NCBI GenBank assembly: GCA_046563655.1
Contig: CM102290.1
Span: 6,262,001-6,326,000 of the forward strand
Reading direction: 5' to 3'
DNA from: Yuukianura sp. NJ FZ-2021
Taxonomy: Eukaryota
DNA: 64,000 nt
The notes under the pieces are model-generated. The model was not told the origin of the DNA and ran no database searches. It worked only from the letters and a program-made list of their open reading frames with translations. A program made the translations under genes and the position numbers. Shown piece by piece: positions 44,301 through 59,300 of the stretch (position 1 is its first letter; each line of letters begins with the position of its first letter).

Positions 44301-47300
44301 GCAAGTGAAAGTGGGTTCCTGTAGCACTTTTTATGAGGATTTCAAAAATGTAGTTGACTTTTACCCAGCATCGTTCCGGAATGCATTTCTTTTGAATTCT
44401 CTGTTTTGAAACATGAATTTTCATAAATAAAGGTAACAAGATGAGGGACGACACAGCAAGTGAAAGTGGGTTCCTGTAGCCCTTTTTATGAGGATTTCAA
44501 AAATATAATTTACTTTCTGTTCATTCTCACATTTGCATGTTCATTCTCACAAATTTAAGTCGTTTTGCGTCAAAATGGTGCTCGGCATTCCCCTGGGTGC
44601 CGTATTCCAACCCCAGATAAAATTCGAGGCGGAGCGATTTATCCCGACTTTTAAGTCCGCCCTATCCAGATTTAATGGCGATCTATCCACACCAATGAAA
44701 CTTGGGGTCCTGCAGTACGTTTCATAAGGATTTCAGAAAACTAACTCATTTTCACCCGGCATCGTTCCGCGCGGAGGTTTTTCGAATGTTTTGTTTTGAA
44801 ACAAATTTTCATAAATAAAAGTAACGAGATGAGGGACGACACAGCAAGTGAAAGTGGGTTCCTGTAGCACTTTTTATGAGGATTTCAAAAATGTTGTTGC
44901 CTTTTACCCAGCATCGTTCCGGAATGCATTTCTTTTGAATTCTCTGCTTTGAAACATGAATTTTCATAAATAAAGGTAACAAGATGAGGGACGACACAGC
45001 AAGTGAAAGTGGGTTCCTGTAGCACTTTTTATGAGGATTTCAAAAATGTAGTTGACTTTTACCCAGCATCGTTCCGGAATGCATTTCTTTTGAATTCTCT
45101 GTTTTGAAACATGAATTTTCATAAATAAAGGTAACAAGATGAGGGACGACACAGCAAGTGAAAGTGGGTTCCTGTAGCCCTTTTTATGAGGATTTCAAAA
45201 ATATAATTTACTTTCTGTTCATTCTCACATTTGCATGTTCATTCTCACAAATTTAAGTCGTTTTGCGTCAAAATGGTGCTCGGCATTCCCCTGGGTGCCG
45301 TATTCCAACCCCAGATAAAATTCGAGGCGGAGCGATTTATCCCGACTTTTAAGTCCGCCCTATCCAGATTTAATGGCGATCTATCCACACCAATGAAACT
45401 TGGGGTCCTGCAGTACGTTTCATAAGGATTTCAGAAAACTAACTCATTTTCACCCGGCATCGTTCCGCGCGGAGGTTTTTCGAATGTTTTGTTTTGAAAC
45501 AAATTTTCATAAATAAAAGTAACGAGATGAGGGACGACACAGCAAGTGAAAGTGGGTTCCTGTAGCACTTTTTATGAGGATTTCAAAAATGTTGTTGCCT
45601 TTTACCCAGCATCGTTCCGGAATGCATTTCTTTTGAATTCTCTGCTTTGAAACATGAATTTTCATAAATAAAGGTAACAAGATGAGGGACGACACAGCAA
45701 GTGAAAGTGGGTTCCTGTAGCACTTTTTATGAGGATTTCAAAAATGTAGTTGACTTTTACCCAGCATCGTTCCGGAATGCATTTCTTTTGAATTCTCTGT
45801 TTTGAAACATGAATTTTCATAAATAAAGGTAACAAGATGAGGGACGACACAGCAAGTGAAAGTGGGTTCCTGTAGCCCTTTTTATGAGGATTTCAAAAAT
45901 ATAATTTACTTTCTGTTCATTCTCACATTTGCATGTTCATTCTCACAAATTTAAGTCGTTTTGCGTCAAAATGGTGCTCGGCATTCCCCTGGGTGCCGTA
46001 TTCCAACCCCAGATAAAATTCGAGGCGGAGCGATTTATCCCGACTTTTAAGTCCGCCCTATCCAGATTTAATGGCGATCTATCCACACCAATGAAACTTG
46101 GGGTCCTGCAGTACGTTTCATAAGGATTTCAGAAAACTAACTCATTTTCACCCGGCATCGTTCCGCGCGGAGGTTTTTCGAATGTTTTGTTTTGAAACAA
46201 ATTTTCATAAATAAAAGTAACGAGATGAGGGACGATACAGCAAGTGAAAGTGGGTTCCTGTAGCACTTTTTATGAGGATTTCAAAAATGCACAGCAAGTG
46301 AAAGTGGGTTCCTGTAGCACTTTTTATGAGGATTTCAAAAATGTTGTTGCCTTTTACCCAGCATCGTTCCGGAATGCATTTCTTTTGAATTCTCTGCTTT
46401 GAAACATGAATTTTCATAAATAAAGGTAACAAGATGAGGGACGACACAGCAAGTGAAAGTGGGTTCCTGTAGCACTTTTTATGAGGATTTCAAAAATGTA
46501 GTTGACTTTTACCCAGCATCGTTCCGGAATGCATTTCTTTTGAATTCTCTGTTTTGAAACATGAATTTTCATAAATAAAGGTAACAAGATGAGGGACGAC
46601 ACAGCAAGTGAAAGTGGGTTCCTGTAGCCCTTTTTATGAGGATTTCAAAAATATAATTTACTTTCTGTTCATTCTCACATTTGCATGTTCATTCTCACAA
46701 ATTTAAGTCGTTTTGCGTCAAAATGGTGCTCGGCATTCCCCTGGGTGCCGTATTCCAACCCCAGATAAAATTCGAGGCGGAGCGATTTATCCCGACTTTT
46801 AAGTCCGCCCTATCCAGATTTAATGGCGATCTATCCACACCAATGAAACTTGGGGTCCTGCAGTACGTTTCATAAGGATTTCAGAAAACTAACTCATTTT
46901 CACCCGGCATCGTTCCGCGCGGAGGTTTTTCGAATGTTTTGTTTTGAAACAAATTTTCATAAATAAAAGTAACGAGATGAGGGACGATACAGCAAGTGAA
47001 AGTGGGTTCCTGTAGCACTTTTTATGAGGATTTCAAAAATGTTGTTGCCTTTTACCCAGCATCGTTCCGGAATGCATTTCTTTTGAATTCTCTGTTTTGA
47101 AACATGAATTTTCATAAATATAGGTAACAAGATGAGGGACGACACAGCAAGTGAAAGTGGGTTCCTGTAGCACTTTTTATGAGGATTTCAAAAATGTAGT
47201 TGACCTTTTACCCAGCATCGTTCCGGAATGCATTTCTTTTGAATTCTCTGTTTTGAAACATGAATTTTCATAAATAAAGGTAACAAGATGAGGGACGACA

Positions 47301-50300
47301 CAGCAAGTGAAAGTGGGTTCCTGTAGCCCTTTTTATGAGGATTTCAAAAATATAATTTACTTTCTGTTCATTCTCACATTTGCATGTTCATTCTCACAAA
47401 TTTAAGTCGTTTTGCGTCAAAATGGTGCTCGGCATTCCCCTGGGTGCCGTATTCCAACCCCAGATAAAATTCGAGGCGGAGCGATTTATCCCGACTTTTA
47501 AGTCCGCCCTATCCAGATTTAATGGCGATCTATCCACACCAATGAAACTTGGGGTCCTGCAGTACGTTTCATAAGGATTTCAGAAAACTAACTCATTTTC
47601 ACCCGGCATCGTTCCGCGCGGAGGTTTTTCGAATGTTTTGTTTTGAAACAAATTTTCATAAATAAAAGTAACGAGATGAGGGACGATACAGCAAGTGAAA
47701 TTGGGTTCCTGTAGCACTTTTTATGAGGATTTCAAAAATGTTGTTGCCTTTTACCCAGCATCGTTCCGGAATGCATTTCTTTTGAATTCTCTGCTTTGAA
47801 ACATGAATTTTCATAAATAAAGGTAACAAGATGAGGGACGACACAGCAAGTGAAAGTGGGTTCCTGTAGCACTTTTTATGAGGATTTCAAAAATGTAGTT
47901 GACTTTTACCCAGCATCGTTCCGGAATGCATTTCTTTTGAATTCTCTGTTTTGAAACATGAATTTTCATAAATAAAGGTAACAAGATGAGGGACGACACA
48001 GCAAGTGAAAGTGGGTTCCTGTAGCCCTTTTTATGAGGATTTCAAAAATATAATTTACTTTCTGTTCATTCTCACATTTGCATGTTCATTCTCACAAATT
48101 TAAGTCGTTTTGCGTCAAAATGGTGCTCGGCATTCCCCTGGGTGCCGTATTCCAACCCCAGATAAAATTCGAGGCGGAGCGATTTATCCCGACTTTTAAG
48201 TCCGCCCTATCCAGATTTAATGGCGATCTATCCACACCAATGAAACTTGGGGTCCTGCAGTACGTTTCATAAGGATTTCAGAAAACTAACTCATTTTCAC
48301 CCGGCATCGTTCCGCGCGGAGGTTTTTCGAATGTTTTGTTTTGAAACAAATTTTCATAAATAAAAGTAACGAGATGAGGGACGATACAGCAAGTGAAAGT
48401 GGGTTCCTGCAGCACTTTTTATGAGGATTTCAAAAATGTTGTTGCCTTTTACCCAGCATCGTTCCGGAATGCATTTCTTTTGAATTCTCTGCTTTGAAAC
48501 ATGAATTTTCATAAATAAAGGTAACAAGATGAGGGACGATACAGACGGTGAAAGTGGGTTCCTGTAGCACTTTTTATGAGGATTTCAAAAATGTTGTTGC
48601 CTTTTACCCAGCATCGTTCCGGAATGCATTTCTTTTGAATTCTCTGCTTTGAAACATGAATTTTCATAAATAAAGGTAACAAGATGAGGGACGACACAGC
48701 AAGTGAAAGTGGGTTCCTGTAGCACTTTTTATGAGGATTTCAAAAATGTAGTTGACTTTTTACCCAGCATCGTTCCGGAATGCATTTCTTTTGAATTCTC
48801 TGTTTTGAAACATGAATTTTCATAAATAAAGGTAACAAGATGAGGGACGACACAGCAAGTGAAAGTGGGTTCCTGTAGCCCTTTTTATGAGGATTTCAAA
48901 AATATAATTTACTTTCTGTTCATTCTCACATTTGCATGTTCATTCTCACAAATTTAAGTCGTTTTGCGTCAAAATGGTGCTCGGCATTCCCCTGGGTGCC
49001 GTATTCCAACCCCAGATAAAATTCGAGGCGGAGCGATTTATCCCGACTTTTAAGTCCGCCCTATCCAGATTTAATGGCGATCTATCCACACCAATGAAAC
49101 TTGGGGTCCTGCAGTACGTTTCATAAGGATTTCAGAAAACTAACTCATTTTCACCCGGCATCGTTCCGCGCGGAGGTTTTTCGAATGTATTGTTTTGAAA
49201 CAAATTTTCATAAATATAGGTAACAAGATGAGGGACGACACAGCAAGTGAAAGTGGGTTCCTGTAGCACTTTTTATGAGGATTTCAAAAATGTAGTTGAC
49301 TTTTACCCAGCATCGTTCCGGAATGCATTTCTTTTGAATTCTCTGTTTTGAAACATGAATTTTCATAAATAAAGGTAACAAGATGAGGGACGACACAGCA
49401 AGTGAAAGTGGGTTCCTGTAGCCCTTTTTATGAGGATTTCAAAAATATAATTTACTTTCTGTTCATTCTCACATTTGCATGTTCATTCTCACAAATTTAA
49501 GTCGTTTTGCGTCAAAATGGTGCTCGGCATTCCCCTGGGTGCCGTATTCCAACCCCAGATAAAATTCGAGGCGGAGCGATTTATCCCGACTTTTAAGTCC
49601 GCCCTATCCAGATTTAATGGCGATCTATCCACACCAATGAGACTTGGGGTCCTGCAGTACGTTTCATAAGGATTTCAGAAAACTAACTCATTTTCTCCCG
49701 GCATCGTTCCGCGCGGAGGTTTTTCGAATGTATTGTTTTGAAACAAATTTTCATAAATAAAGGTAACAAGATGAGGGACGACACAGCAAGTGAAAGTGGG
49801 TTCCTGTAGCACTTTTTATGAGGATTTCAAAAATGTAGTTGACTTTTACCCAGCATCGTTCCGGAATGCATTTCTTTTGAATTCTCTGTTTTGAAACATG
49901 AATTTTCATAAATAAAGGTAACAAGATGAGGGACGACACAGCAAGTGAAAGTGGGTTCCTGTAGCCCTTTTTATGAGGATTTCAAAAATATAATTTACTT
50001 TCTGTTCATTCTCACATTTGCATGTTCATTCTCACAAATTTAAGTCGTTTTGCGTCAAAATGGTGCTCGGCATTCCCTGGGTGCCGTATTCCAACCCCAG
50101 ATAAAATTCGAGGCGGAGCGATTTATCCCGACTTTTAAGTCCGCCCTATCCAGATTTAATGGCGATCTATCCACACCAATGAGACTTGGGGTCCTGCAGT
50201 ACGTTTCATAAGGATTTCAGAAAACTAACTCATTTTCTCCCGGCATCGTTCCGCGCGGAGGTTTTTCGAATGTATTGTTTTGAAACAAATTTTCATAAAT

Positions 50301-53300
50301 ATAGGTAACAAGATGAGGGACGACACAGCAAGTGAAAGTGGGTTCCTGTAGCACTTTTTATGAGGATTTCAAAAATGTAGTTGACTTTTACCCAGCATCG
50401 TTCCGGAATGCATTTCTTTTGAATTCTCTGTTTTGAAACATGAATTTTCATAAATAAAGGTAACAAGATGAGGGACGACACAGCAAGTGAAAGTGGGTTC
50501 CTGTAGCCCTTTTTATGAGGATTTCAAAAATATAATTTACTTTCTGTTCATTCTCACATTTGCATGTTCATTCTCACAAATTTAAGTCGTTTTGCGTCAA
50601 AATGGTGCTCGGCATTCCCCTGGGTGCCGTATTCCAACCCCAGATAAAATTCGAGGCGGAGCGATTTATCCCGACTTTTAAGTCCGCCCTATCCAGATTT
50701 AATGGCGATCTATCCACACCAATGAGACTTGGGGTCCTGCAGTACGTTTCATAAGGATTTCAGAAAACTAACTCATTTTCTCCCGGCATCGTTCCGCGCG
50801 GAGGTTTTTCGAATGTATTGTTTTGAAACAAATTTTCATAAATAAAGGTAACAAGATGAGGGACGACACAGCAAGTGAAAGTGGGTTCCTGTAGCACTTT
50901 TTATGAGGATTTCAAAAATGTAGTTGACTTTTACCCAGCATCGTTCCGGAATGCATTTCTTTTGAATTCTCTGTTTTGAAACATGAATTTTCATAAATAA
51001 AGGTAACAAGATGAGGGACGACACAGCAAGTGAAAGTGGGTTCCTGTAGCCCTTTTTATGAGGATTTCAAAAATATAATTTACTTTCTGTTCATTCTCAC
51101 ATTTGCATGTTCATTCTCACAAATTTAAGTCGTTTTGCGTCAAAATGGTGCTCGGCATTCCCCTGGGTGCCGTATTCCAACCCCAGATAAAATTCGAGGC
51201 GGAGCGATTTATCCCGACTTTTAAGTCCGCCCTATCCAGATTTAATGGCGATCTATCCACACCAATGAGACTTGGGGTCCTGCAGTACGTTTCATAAGGA
51301 TTTCAGAAAACTAACTCATTTTCTCCCGGCATCGTTCCGCGCGGAGGTTTTTCGAATGTATTGTTTTGAAACAAATTTTCATAAATATAGGTAACAAGAT
51401 GAGGGACGACACAGCAAGTGAAAGTGGGTTCCTGTAGCACTTTTTATGAGGATTTCAAAAATGTAGTTGACTTTTACCCAGCATCGTTCCGGAATGCATT
51501 TCTTTTGAATTCTCTGTTTTGAAACATGAATTTTCATAAATAAAGGTAACAAGATGAGGGACGACACAGCAAGTGAAAGTGGGTTCCTGTAGCCCTTTTT
51601 ATGAGGATTTCAAAAATATAATTTACTTTCTGTTCATTCTCACATTTGCATGTTCATTCTCACAAATTTAAGTCGTTTTGCGTCAAAATGGTGCTCGGCA
51701 TTCCCCTGGGTGCCGTATTCCAACCCCAGATAAAATTCGAGGCGGAGCGATTTATCCCGACTTTTAAGTCCGCCCTATCCAGATTTAATGGCGATCTATC
51801 CACACCAATGAGACTTGGGGTCCTGCAGTACGTTTCATAAGGATTTCAGAAAACTAACTCATTTTCTCCCGGCATCGTTCCGCGCGGAGGTTTTTCGAAT
51901 GTATTGTTTTGAAACAAATTTTCATAAATATAGGTAACAAGATGAGGGACGACACAGCAAGTGAAAGTGGGTTCCTGTAGCACTTTTTATGAGGATTTCA
52001 AAAATGTAGTTGACTTTTACCCAGCATCGTTCCGGAATGCATTTCTTTTGAATTCTCTGTTTTGAAACATGAATTTTCATAAATAAAGGTAACAAGATGA
52101 GGGACGACACAGCAAGTGAAAGTGGGTTCCTGTAGCCCTTTTTATGAGGATTTCAAAAATATAATTTACTTTCTGTTCATTCTCACATTTGCATGTTCAT
52201 TCTCACAAATTTAAGTCGTTTTGCGTCAAAATGGTGCTCGGCATTCCCCTGGGTGCCGTATTCCAACCCCAGATAAAATTCGAGGCGGAGCGATTTATCC
52301 CGACTTTTAAGTCCGCCCTATCCAGATTTAATGGCGATCTATCCACACCAATGAGACTTGGGGTCCTGCAGTACGTTTCATAAGGATTTCAGAAAACTAA
52401 CTCATTTTCTCCCGGCATCGTTCCGCGCGGAGGTTTTTCGAATGTATTGTTTTGAAACAAATTTTCATAAATATAGGTAACAAGATGAGGGACGACACAG
52501 CAAGTGAAAGTGGGTTCCTGTAGCACTTTTTATGAGGATTTCAAAAATGTAGTTGACTTTTACCCAGCATCGTTCCGGAATGCATTTCTTTTGAATTCTC
52601 TGTTTTGAAACATGAATTTTCATAAATAAAGGTAACAAGATGAGGGACGACACAGCAAGTGAAAGTGGGTTCCTGTAGCCCTTTTTATGAGGATTTCAAA
52701 AATATAATTTACTTTCTGTTCATTCTCACATTTGCATGTTCATTCTCACAAATTTAAGTCGTTTTGCGTCAAAATGGTGCTCGGCATTCCCCTGGGTGCC
52801 GTATTCCAACCCCAGATAAAATTCGAGGCGGAGCGATTTATCCCGACTTTTAAGTCCGCCCTATCCAGATTTAATGGCGATCTATCCACACCAATGAGAC
52901 TTGGGGTCCTGCAGTACGTTTCATAAGGATTTCAGAAAACTAACTCATTTTCTCCCGGCATCGTTCCGCGCGGAGGTTTTTCGAATGTATTGTTTTGAAA
53001 CAAATTTTCATAAATAAAGGTAACAAGATGAGGGACGACACAGCAAGTGAAAGTGGGTTCCTGTAGCCCTTTTTATGAGGATTTCAAAAATATAATTTAC
53101 TTTCTGTTCATTCTCACATTTGCATGTTCATTCTCACAAATTTAAGTCGTTTTGCGTCAAAATGGTGCTCGGCATTCCCCTGGGTGCCGTATTCCAACCC
53201 CAGATAAAATTCGAGGCGGAGCGATTTATCCCGACTTTTAAGTCCGCCCTATCCAGATTTAATGGCGATCTATCCACACCAATGAGACTTGGGGTCCTGC

Positions 53301-56300
53301 AGTACGTTTCATAAGGATTTCAGAAAACTAACTCATTTTCTCCCGGCATCGTTCCGCGCGGAGGTTTTTCGAATGTATTGTTTTGAAACAAATTTTCATA
53401 AATATAGGTAACAAGATGAGGGACGACACAGCAAGTGAAAGTGGGTTCCTGTAGCACTTTTTATGAGGATTTCAAAAATGTAGTTGACTTTTACCCAGCA
53501 TCGTTCCGGAATGCATTTCTTTTGAATTCTCTGTTTTGAAACATGAATTTTCATAAATAAAGGTAACAAGATGAGGGACGACACAGCAAGTGAAAGTGGG
53601 TTCCTGTAGCCCTTTTTATGAGGATTTCAAAAATATAATTTACTTTCTGTTCATTCTCACATTTGCATGTTCATTCTCACAAATTTAAGTCGTTTTGCGT
53701 CAAAATGGTGCTCGGCATTCCCCTGGGTGCCGTATTCCAACCCCAGATAAAATTCGAGGCGGAGCGATTTATCCCGACTTTTAAGTCCGCCCTATCCAGA
53801 TTTAATGGCGATCTATCCACACCAATGAGACTTGGGGTCCTGCAGTACGTTTCATAAGGATTTCAGAAAACTAACTCATTTTCTCCCGGCATCGTTCCGC
53901 GCGGAGGTTTTTCGAATGTATTGTTTTGAAACAAATTTTCATAAATAAAGGTAACAAGATGAGGGACGACACAGCAAGTGAAAGTGGGTTCCTGTAGCAC
54001 TTTTTATGAGGATTTCAAAAATATAATTTACTTTCTGTTCATTCTCACATTTGCATGTTCATTCTCACAAATTTAAGTCGTTTTGCGTCAAAATGGTGCT
54101 CGGCATTCCCCTGGGTGCCGTATTCCAACCCCAGATAAAATTCGAGGCGGAGCGATTTATCCCGACTTTTAAGTCCGCCCTATCCAGATTTAATGGCGAT
54201 CTATCCACACCAATGAGACTTGGGGTCCTGCAGTACGTTTCATAAGGATTTCAGAAAACTAACTCATTTTCTCCCGGCATCGTTCCGCGCGGAGGTTTTT
54301 CGAATGTATTGTTTTGAAACAAATTTTCATAAATATAGGTAACAAGATGAGGGACGACACAGCAAGTGAAAGTGGGTTCCTGTAGCCCTTTTTATGAGGA
54401 TTTCAAAAATATAATTTACTTTCTGTTCATTCTCACATTTGCATGTTCATTCTCACAAATTTAAGTCGTTTTGCGTCAAAATGGTGCTCGGCATTCCCCT
54501 GGGTGCCGTATTCCAACCCCAGATAAAATTCGAGGCGGAGCGATTTATCCCGACTTTTAAGTCCGCCCTATCCAGATTTAATGGCGATCTATCCACACCA
54601 ATGAGACTTGGGGTCCTGCAGTACGTTTCATAAGGATTTCAGAAAACTAACTCATTTTCTCCCGGCATCGTTCCGCGCGGAGGTTTTTCGAATGTATTTC
54701 TTTTGAATTCTCTGCTTTGAAACATGAATTTTCATAAATAAAGGTAACAAGATGAGGGACGACACAGCAAGTGAAAGTGGGTTCCTGTAGCCCTTTTTAT
54801 GAGGATTTCAAAAATATAATTTACTTTCTGTTCATTCTCACATTTGCATGTTCATTCTCACAAATTTAAGTCGTTTTGCGTCAAAATGGTGCTCGGCATT
54901 CCCCTGGGTGCCGTATTCCAACCCCAGATAAAATTCGAGGCGGAGCGATTTATCCCGACTTTTAAGTCCGCCCTATCCAGATTTAATGGCGATCTATCCA
55001 CACCAATGAGACTTGGGGTCCTGCAGTACGTTTCATAAGGATTTCAGAAAACTAACTCATTTTCTCCCGGCATCGTTCCGCGCGGAGGTTTTTCGAATGT
55101 ATTGTTTTGAAACAAATTTTCATAAATATAGGTAACAAGATGAGGGACGACACAGCAAGTGAAAGTGGGTTCCTGTAGCACTTTTTATGAGGATTTCAAA
55201 AATGTAGTTGACTTTTACCCAGCATCGTTCCGGAATGCATTTCTTTTGAATTCTCTGTTTTGAAACATGAATTTTCATAAATAAAGGTAACAAGATGAGG
55301 GACGACACAGCAAGTGAAAGTGGGTTCCTGTAGCACTTTTTATGAGGATTTCAAAAATGTAGTTGACTTTTACCCAGCATCGTTCCGGAATGCATTTCTT
55401 TTGAATTCTCTGTTTTGAAACATGAATTTTCATAAATAAAGGTAACAAGATGAGGGACGACACAGCAAGTGAAAGTGGGTTCCTGTAGCCCTTTTTATGA
55501 GGATTTCAAAAATATAATTTACTTTCTGTTCATTCTCACATTTGCATGTTCATTCTCACAAATTTAAGTCGTTTTGCGTCAAAATGGTGCTCGGCATTCC
55601 CCTGGGTGCCGTATTCCAACCCCAGATAAAATTCGAGGCGGAGCGATTTATCCCGACTTTTAAGTCCGCCCTATCCAGATTTAATGGCGATCTATCCACA
55701 CCAATGAGACTTGGGGTCCTGCAGTACGTTTCATAAGGATTTCAGAAAACTAACTCATTTTCTCCCGGCATCGTTCCGCGCGGAGGTTTTTCGAATGTAT
55801 TGTTTTGAAACAAATTTTCATAAATAAAGGTAACAAGATGAGGGACGACACAGCAAGTGAAAGTGGGTTCCTGTAGCACTTTTTATGAGGATTTCAAAAA
55901 TGTAGTTGACTTTTACCCAGCATCGTTCCGGAATGCATTTCTTTTGAATTCTCTGTTTTGAAACATGAATTTTCATAAATAAAGGTAACAAGATGAGGGA
56001 CGACACAGCAAGTGAAAGTGGGTTCCTGTAGCCCTTTTTATGAGGATTTCAAAAATATAATTTACTTTCTGTTCATTCTCACATTTGCATGTTCATTCTC
56101 ACAAATTTAAGTCGTTTTGCGTCAAAATGGTGCTCGGCATTCCCCTGGGTGCCGTATTCCAACCCCAGATAAAATTCGAGGCGGAGCGATTTATCCCGAC
56201 TTTTAAGTCCGCCCTATCCAGATTTAATGGCGATCTATCCACACCAATGAGACTTGGGGTCCTGCAGTACGTTTCATAAGGATTTCAGAAAACTAACTCA

Positions 56301-59300
56301 TTTTCTCCCGGCATCGTTCCGCGCGGAGGTTTTTCGAATGTATTGTTTTGAAACAAATTTTCATAAATATAGGTAACAAGATGAGGGACGACACAGCAAG
56401 TGAAAGTGGGTTCCTGTAGCACTTTTTATGAGGATTTCAAAAATGTAGTTGACTTTTACCCAGCATCGTTCCGGAATGCATTTCTTTTGAATTCTCTGTT
56501 TTGAAACATGAATTTTCATAAATAAAGGTAACAAGATGAGGGACGACACAGCAAGTGAAAGTGGGTTCCTGTAGCCCTTTTTATGAGGATTTCAAAAATA
56601 TAATTTACTTTCTGTTCATTCTCACATTTGCATGTTCATTCTCACAAATTTAAGTCGTTTTGCGTCAAAATGGTGCTCGGCATTCCCCTGGGTGCCGTAT
56701 TCCAACCCCAGATAAAATTCGAGGCGGAGCGATTTATCCCGACTTTTAAGTCCGCCCTATCCAGATTTAATGGCGATCTATCCACACCAATGAGACTTGG
56801 GGTCCAGCAGTACGTTTCATAAGGATTTCAGAAAACTAACTCATTTTCTCCCGGCATCGTTCCGCGCGGAGGTTTTTCGAATGTATTGTTTTGAAACAAA
56901 TTTTCATAAATAAAGGTAACAAGATGAGGGACGACACAGCAAGTGAAAGTGGGTTCCTGTAGCACTTTTTATGAGGATTTCAAAAATGTAGTTGACTTTT
57001 ACCCAGCATCGTTCCGGAATGCATTTCTTTTGAATTCTCTGTTTTGAAACATGAATTTTCATAAATAAAGGTAACAAGATGAGGGACGACACAGCAAGTG
57101 AAAGTGGGTTCCTGTAGCCCTTTTTATGAGGATTTCAAAAATATAATTTACTTTCTGTTCATTCTCACATTTGCATGTTCATTCTCACAAATTTAAGTCG
57201 TTTTGCGTCAAAATGGTGCTCGGCATTCCCCTGGGTGCCGTATTCCAACCCCAGATAAAATTCGAGGCGGAGCGATTTATCCCGACTTTTAAGTCCGCCC
57301 TATCCAGATTTAATGGCGATCTATCCACACCAATGAGACTTGGGGTCCTGCAGTACGTTTCATAAGGATTTCAGAAAACTAACTCATTTTCTCCCGGCAT
57401 CGTTCCGCGCGGAGGTTTTTCGAATGTATTGTTTTGAAACAAATTTTCATAAATATAGGTAACAAGATGAGGGACGACACAGCAAGTGAAAGTGGGTTCC
57501 TGTAGCACTTTTTATGAGGATTTCAAAAATGTAGTTGACTTTTACCCAGCATCGTTCCGGAATGCATTTCTTTTGAATTCTCTGTTTTGAAACATGAATT
57601 TTCATAAATAAAGGTAACAAGATGAGGGACGACACAGCAAGTGAAAGTGGGTTCCTGTAGCCCTTTTTATGAGGATTTCAAAAATATAATTTACTTTCTG
57701 TTCATTCTCACATTTGCATGTTCATTCTCACAAATTTAAGTCGTTTTGCGTCAAAATGGTGCTCGGCATTCCCCTGGGTGCCGTATTCCAACCCCAGATA
57801 AAATTCGAGGCGGAGCGATTTATCCCGACTTTTAAGTCCGCCCTATCCAGATTTAATGGCGATCTATCCACACCAATGAGACTTGGGGTCCTGCAGTACG
57901 TTTCATAAGGATTTCAGAAAACTAACTCATTTTCTCCCGGCATCGTTCCGCGCGGAGGTTTTTCGAATGTATTGTTTTGAAACAAATTTTCATAAATATA
58001 GGTAACAAGATGAGGGACGACACAGCAAGTGAAAGTGGGTTCCTGTAGCACTTTTTATGAGGATTTCAAAAATGTAGTTGACTTTTACCCAGCATCGTTC
58101 CGGAATGCATTTCTTTTGAATTCTCTGTTTTGAAACATGAATTTTCATAAATAAAGGTAACAAGATGAGGGACGACACAGCAAGTGAAAGTGGGTTCCTG
58201 TAGCCCTTTTTATGAGGATTTCAAAAATATAATTTACTTTCTGTTCATTCTCACATTTGCATGTTCATTCTCACAAATTTAAGTCGTTTTGCGTCAAAAT
58301 GGTGCTCGGCATTCCCCTGGGTGCCGTATTCCAACCCCAGATAAAATTCGAGGCGGAGCGATTTATCCCGACTTTTAAGTCCGCCCTATCCAGATTTAAT
58401 GGCGATCTATCCACACCAATGAGACTTGGGGTCCTGCAGTACGTTTCATAAGGATTTCAGAAAACTAACTCATTTTCTCCCGGCATCGTTCCGCGCGGAG
58501 GTTTTTCGAATGTATTGTTTTGAAACAAATTTTCATAAATATAGGTAACAAGATGAGGGACGACACAGCAAGTGAAAGTGGGTTCCTGTAGCACTTTTTA
58601 TGAGGATTTCAAAAATGTAGTTGACTTTTACCCAGCATCGTTCCGGAATGCATTTCTTTTGAATTCTCTGTTTTGAAACATGAATTTTCATAAATAAAGG
58701 TAACAAGATGAGGGACGACACAGCAAGTGAAAGTGGGTTCCTGTAGCCCTTTTTATGAGGATTTCAAAAATATAATTTACTTTCTGTTCATTCTCACATT
58801 TGCATGTTCATTCTCACAAATTTAAGTCGTTTTGCGTCAAAATGGTGCTCGGCATTCCCCTGGGTGCCGTATTCCAACCCCAGATAAAATTCGAGGCGGA
58901 GCGATTTATCCCGACTTTTAAGTCCGCCCTATCCAGATTTAATGGCGATCTATCCACACCAATGAGACTTGGGGTCCTGCAGTACGTTTCATAAGGATTT
59001 CAGAAAACTAACTCATTTTCTCCCGGCATCGTTCCGCGCGGAGGTTTTTCGAATGTATTGTTTTGAAACAAATTTTCATAAATAAAGGTAACAAGATGAG
59101 GGACGACACAGCAAGTGAAAGTGGGTTCCTGTAGCACTTTTTATGAGGATTTCAAAAATGTAGTTGACTTTTACCCAGCATCGTTCCGGAATGCATTTCT
59201 TTTGAATTCTCTGTTTTGAAACATGAATTTTCATAAATAAAGGTAACAAGATGAGGGACGACACAGCAAGTGAAAGTGGGTTCCTGTAGCCCTTTTTATG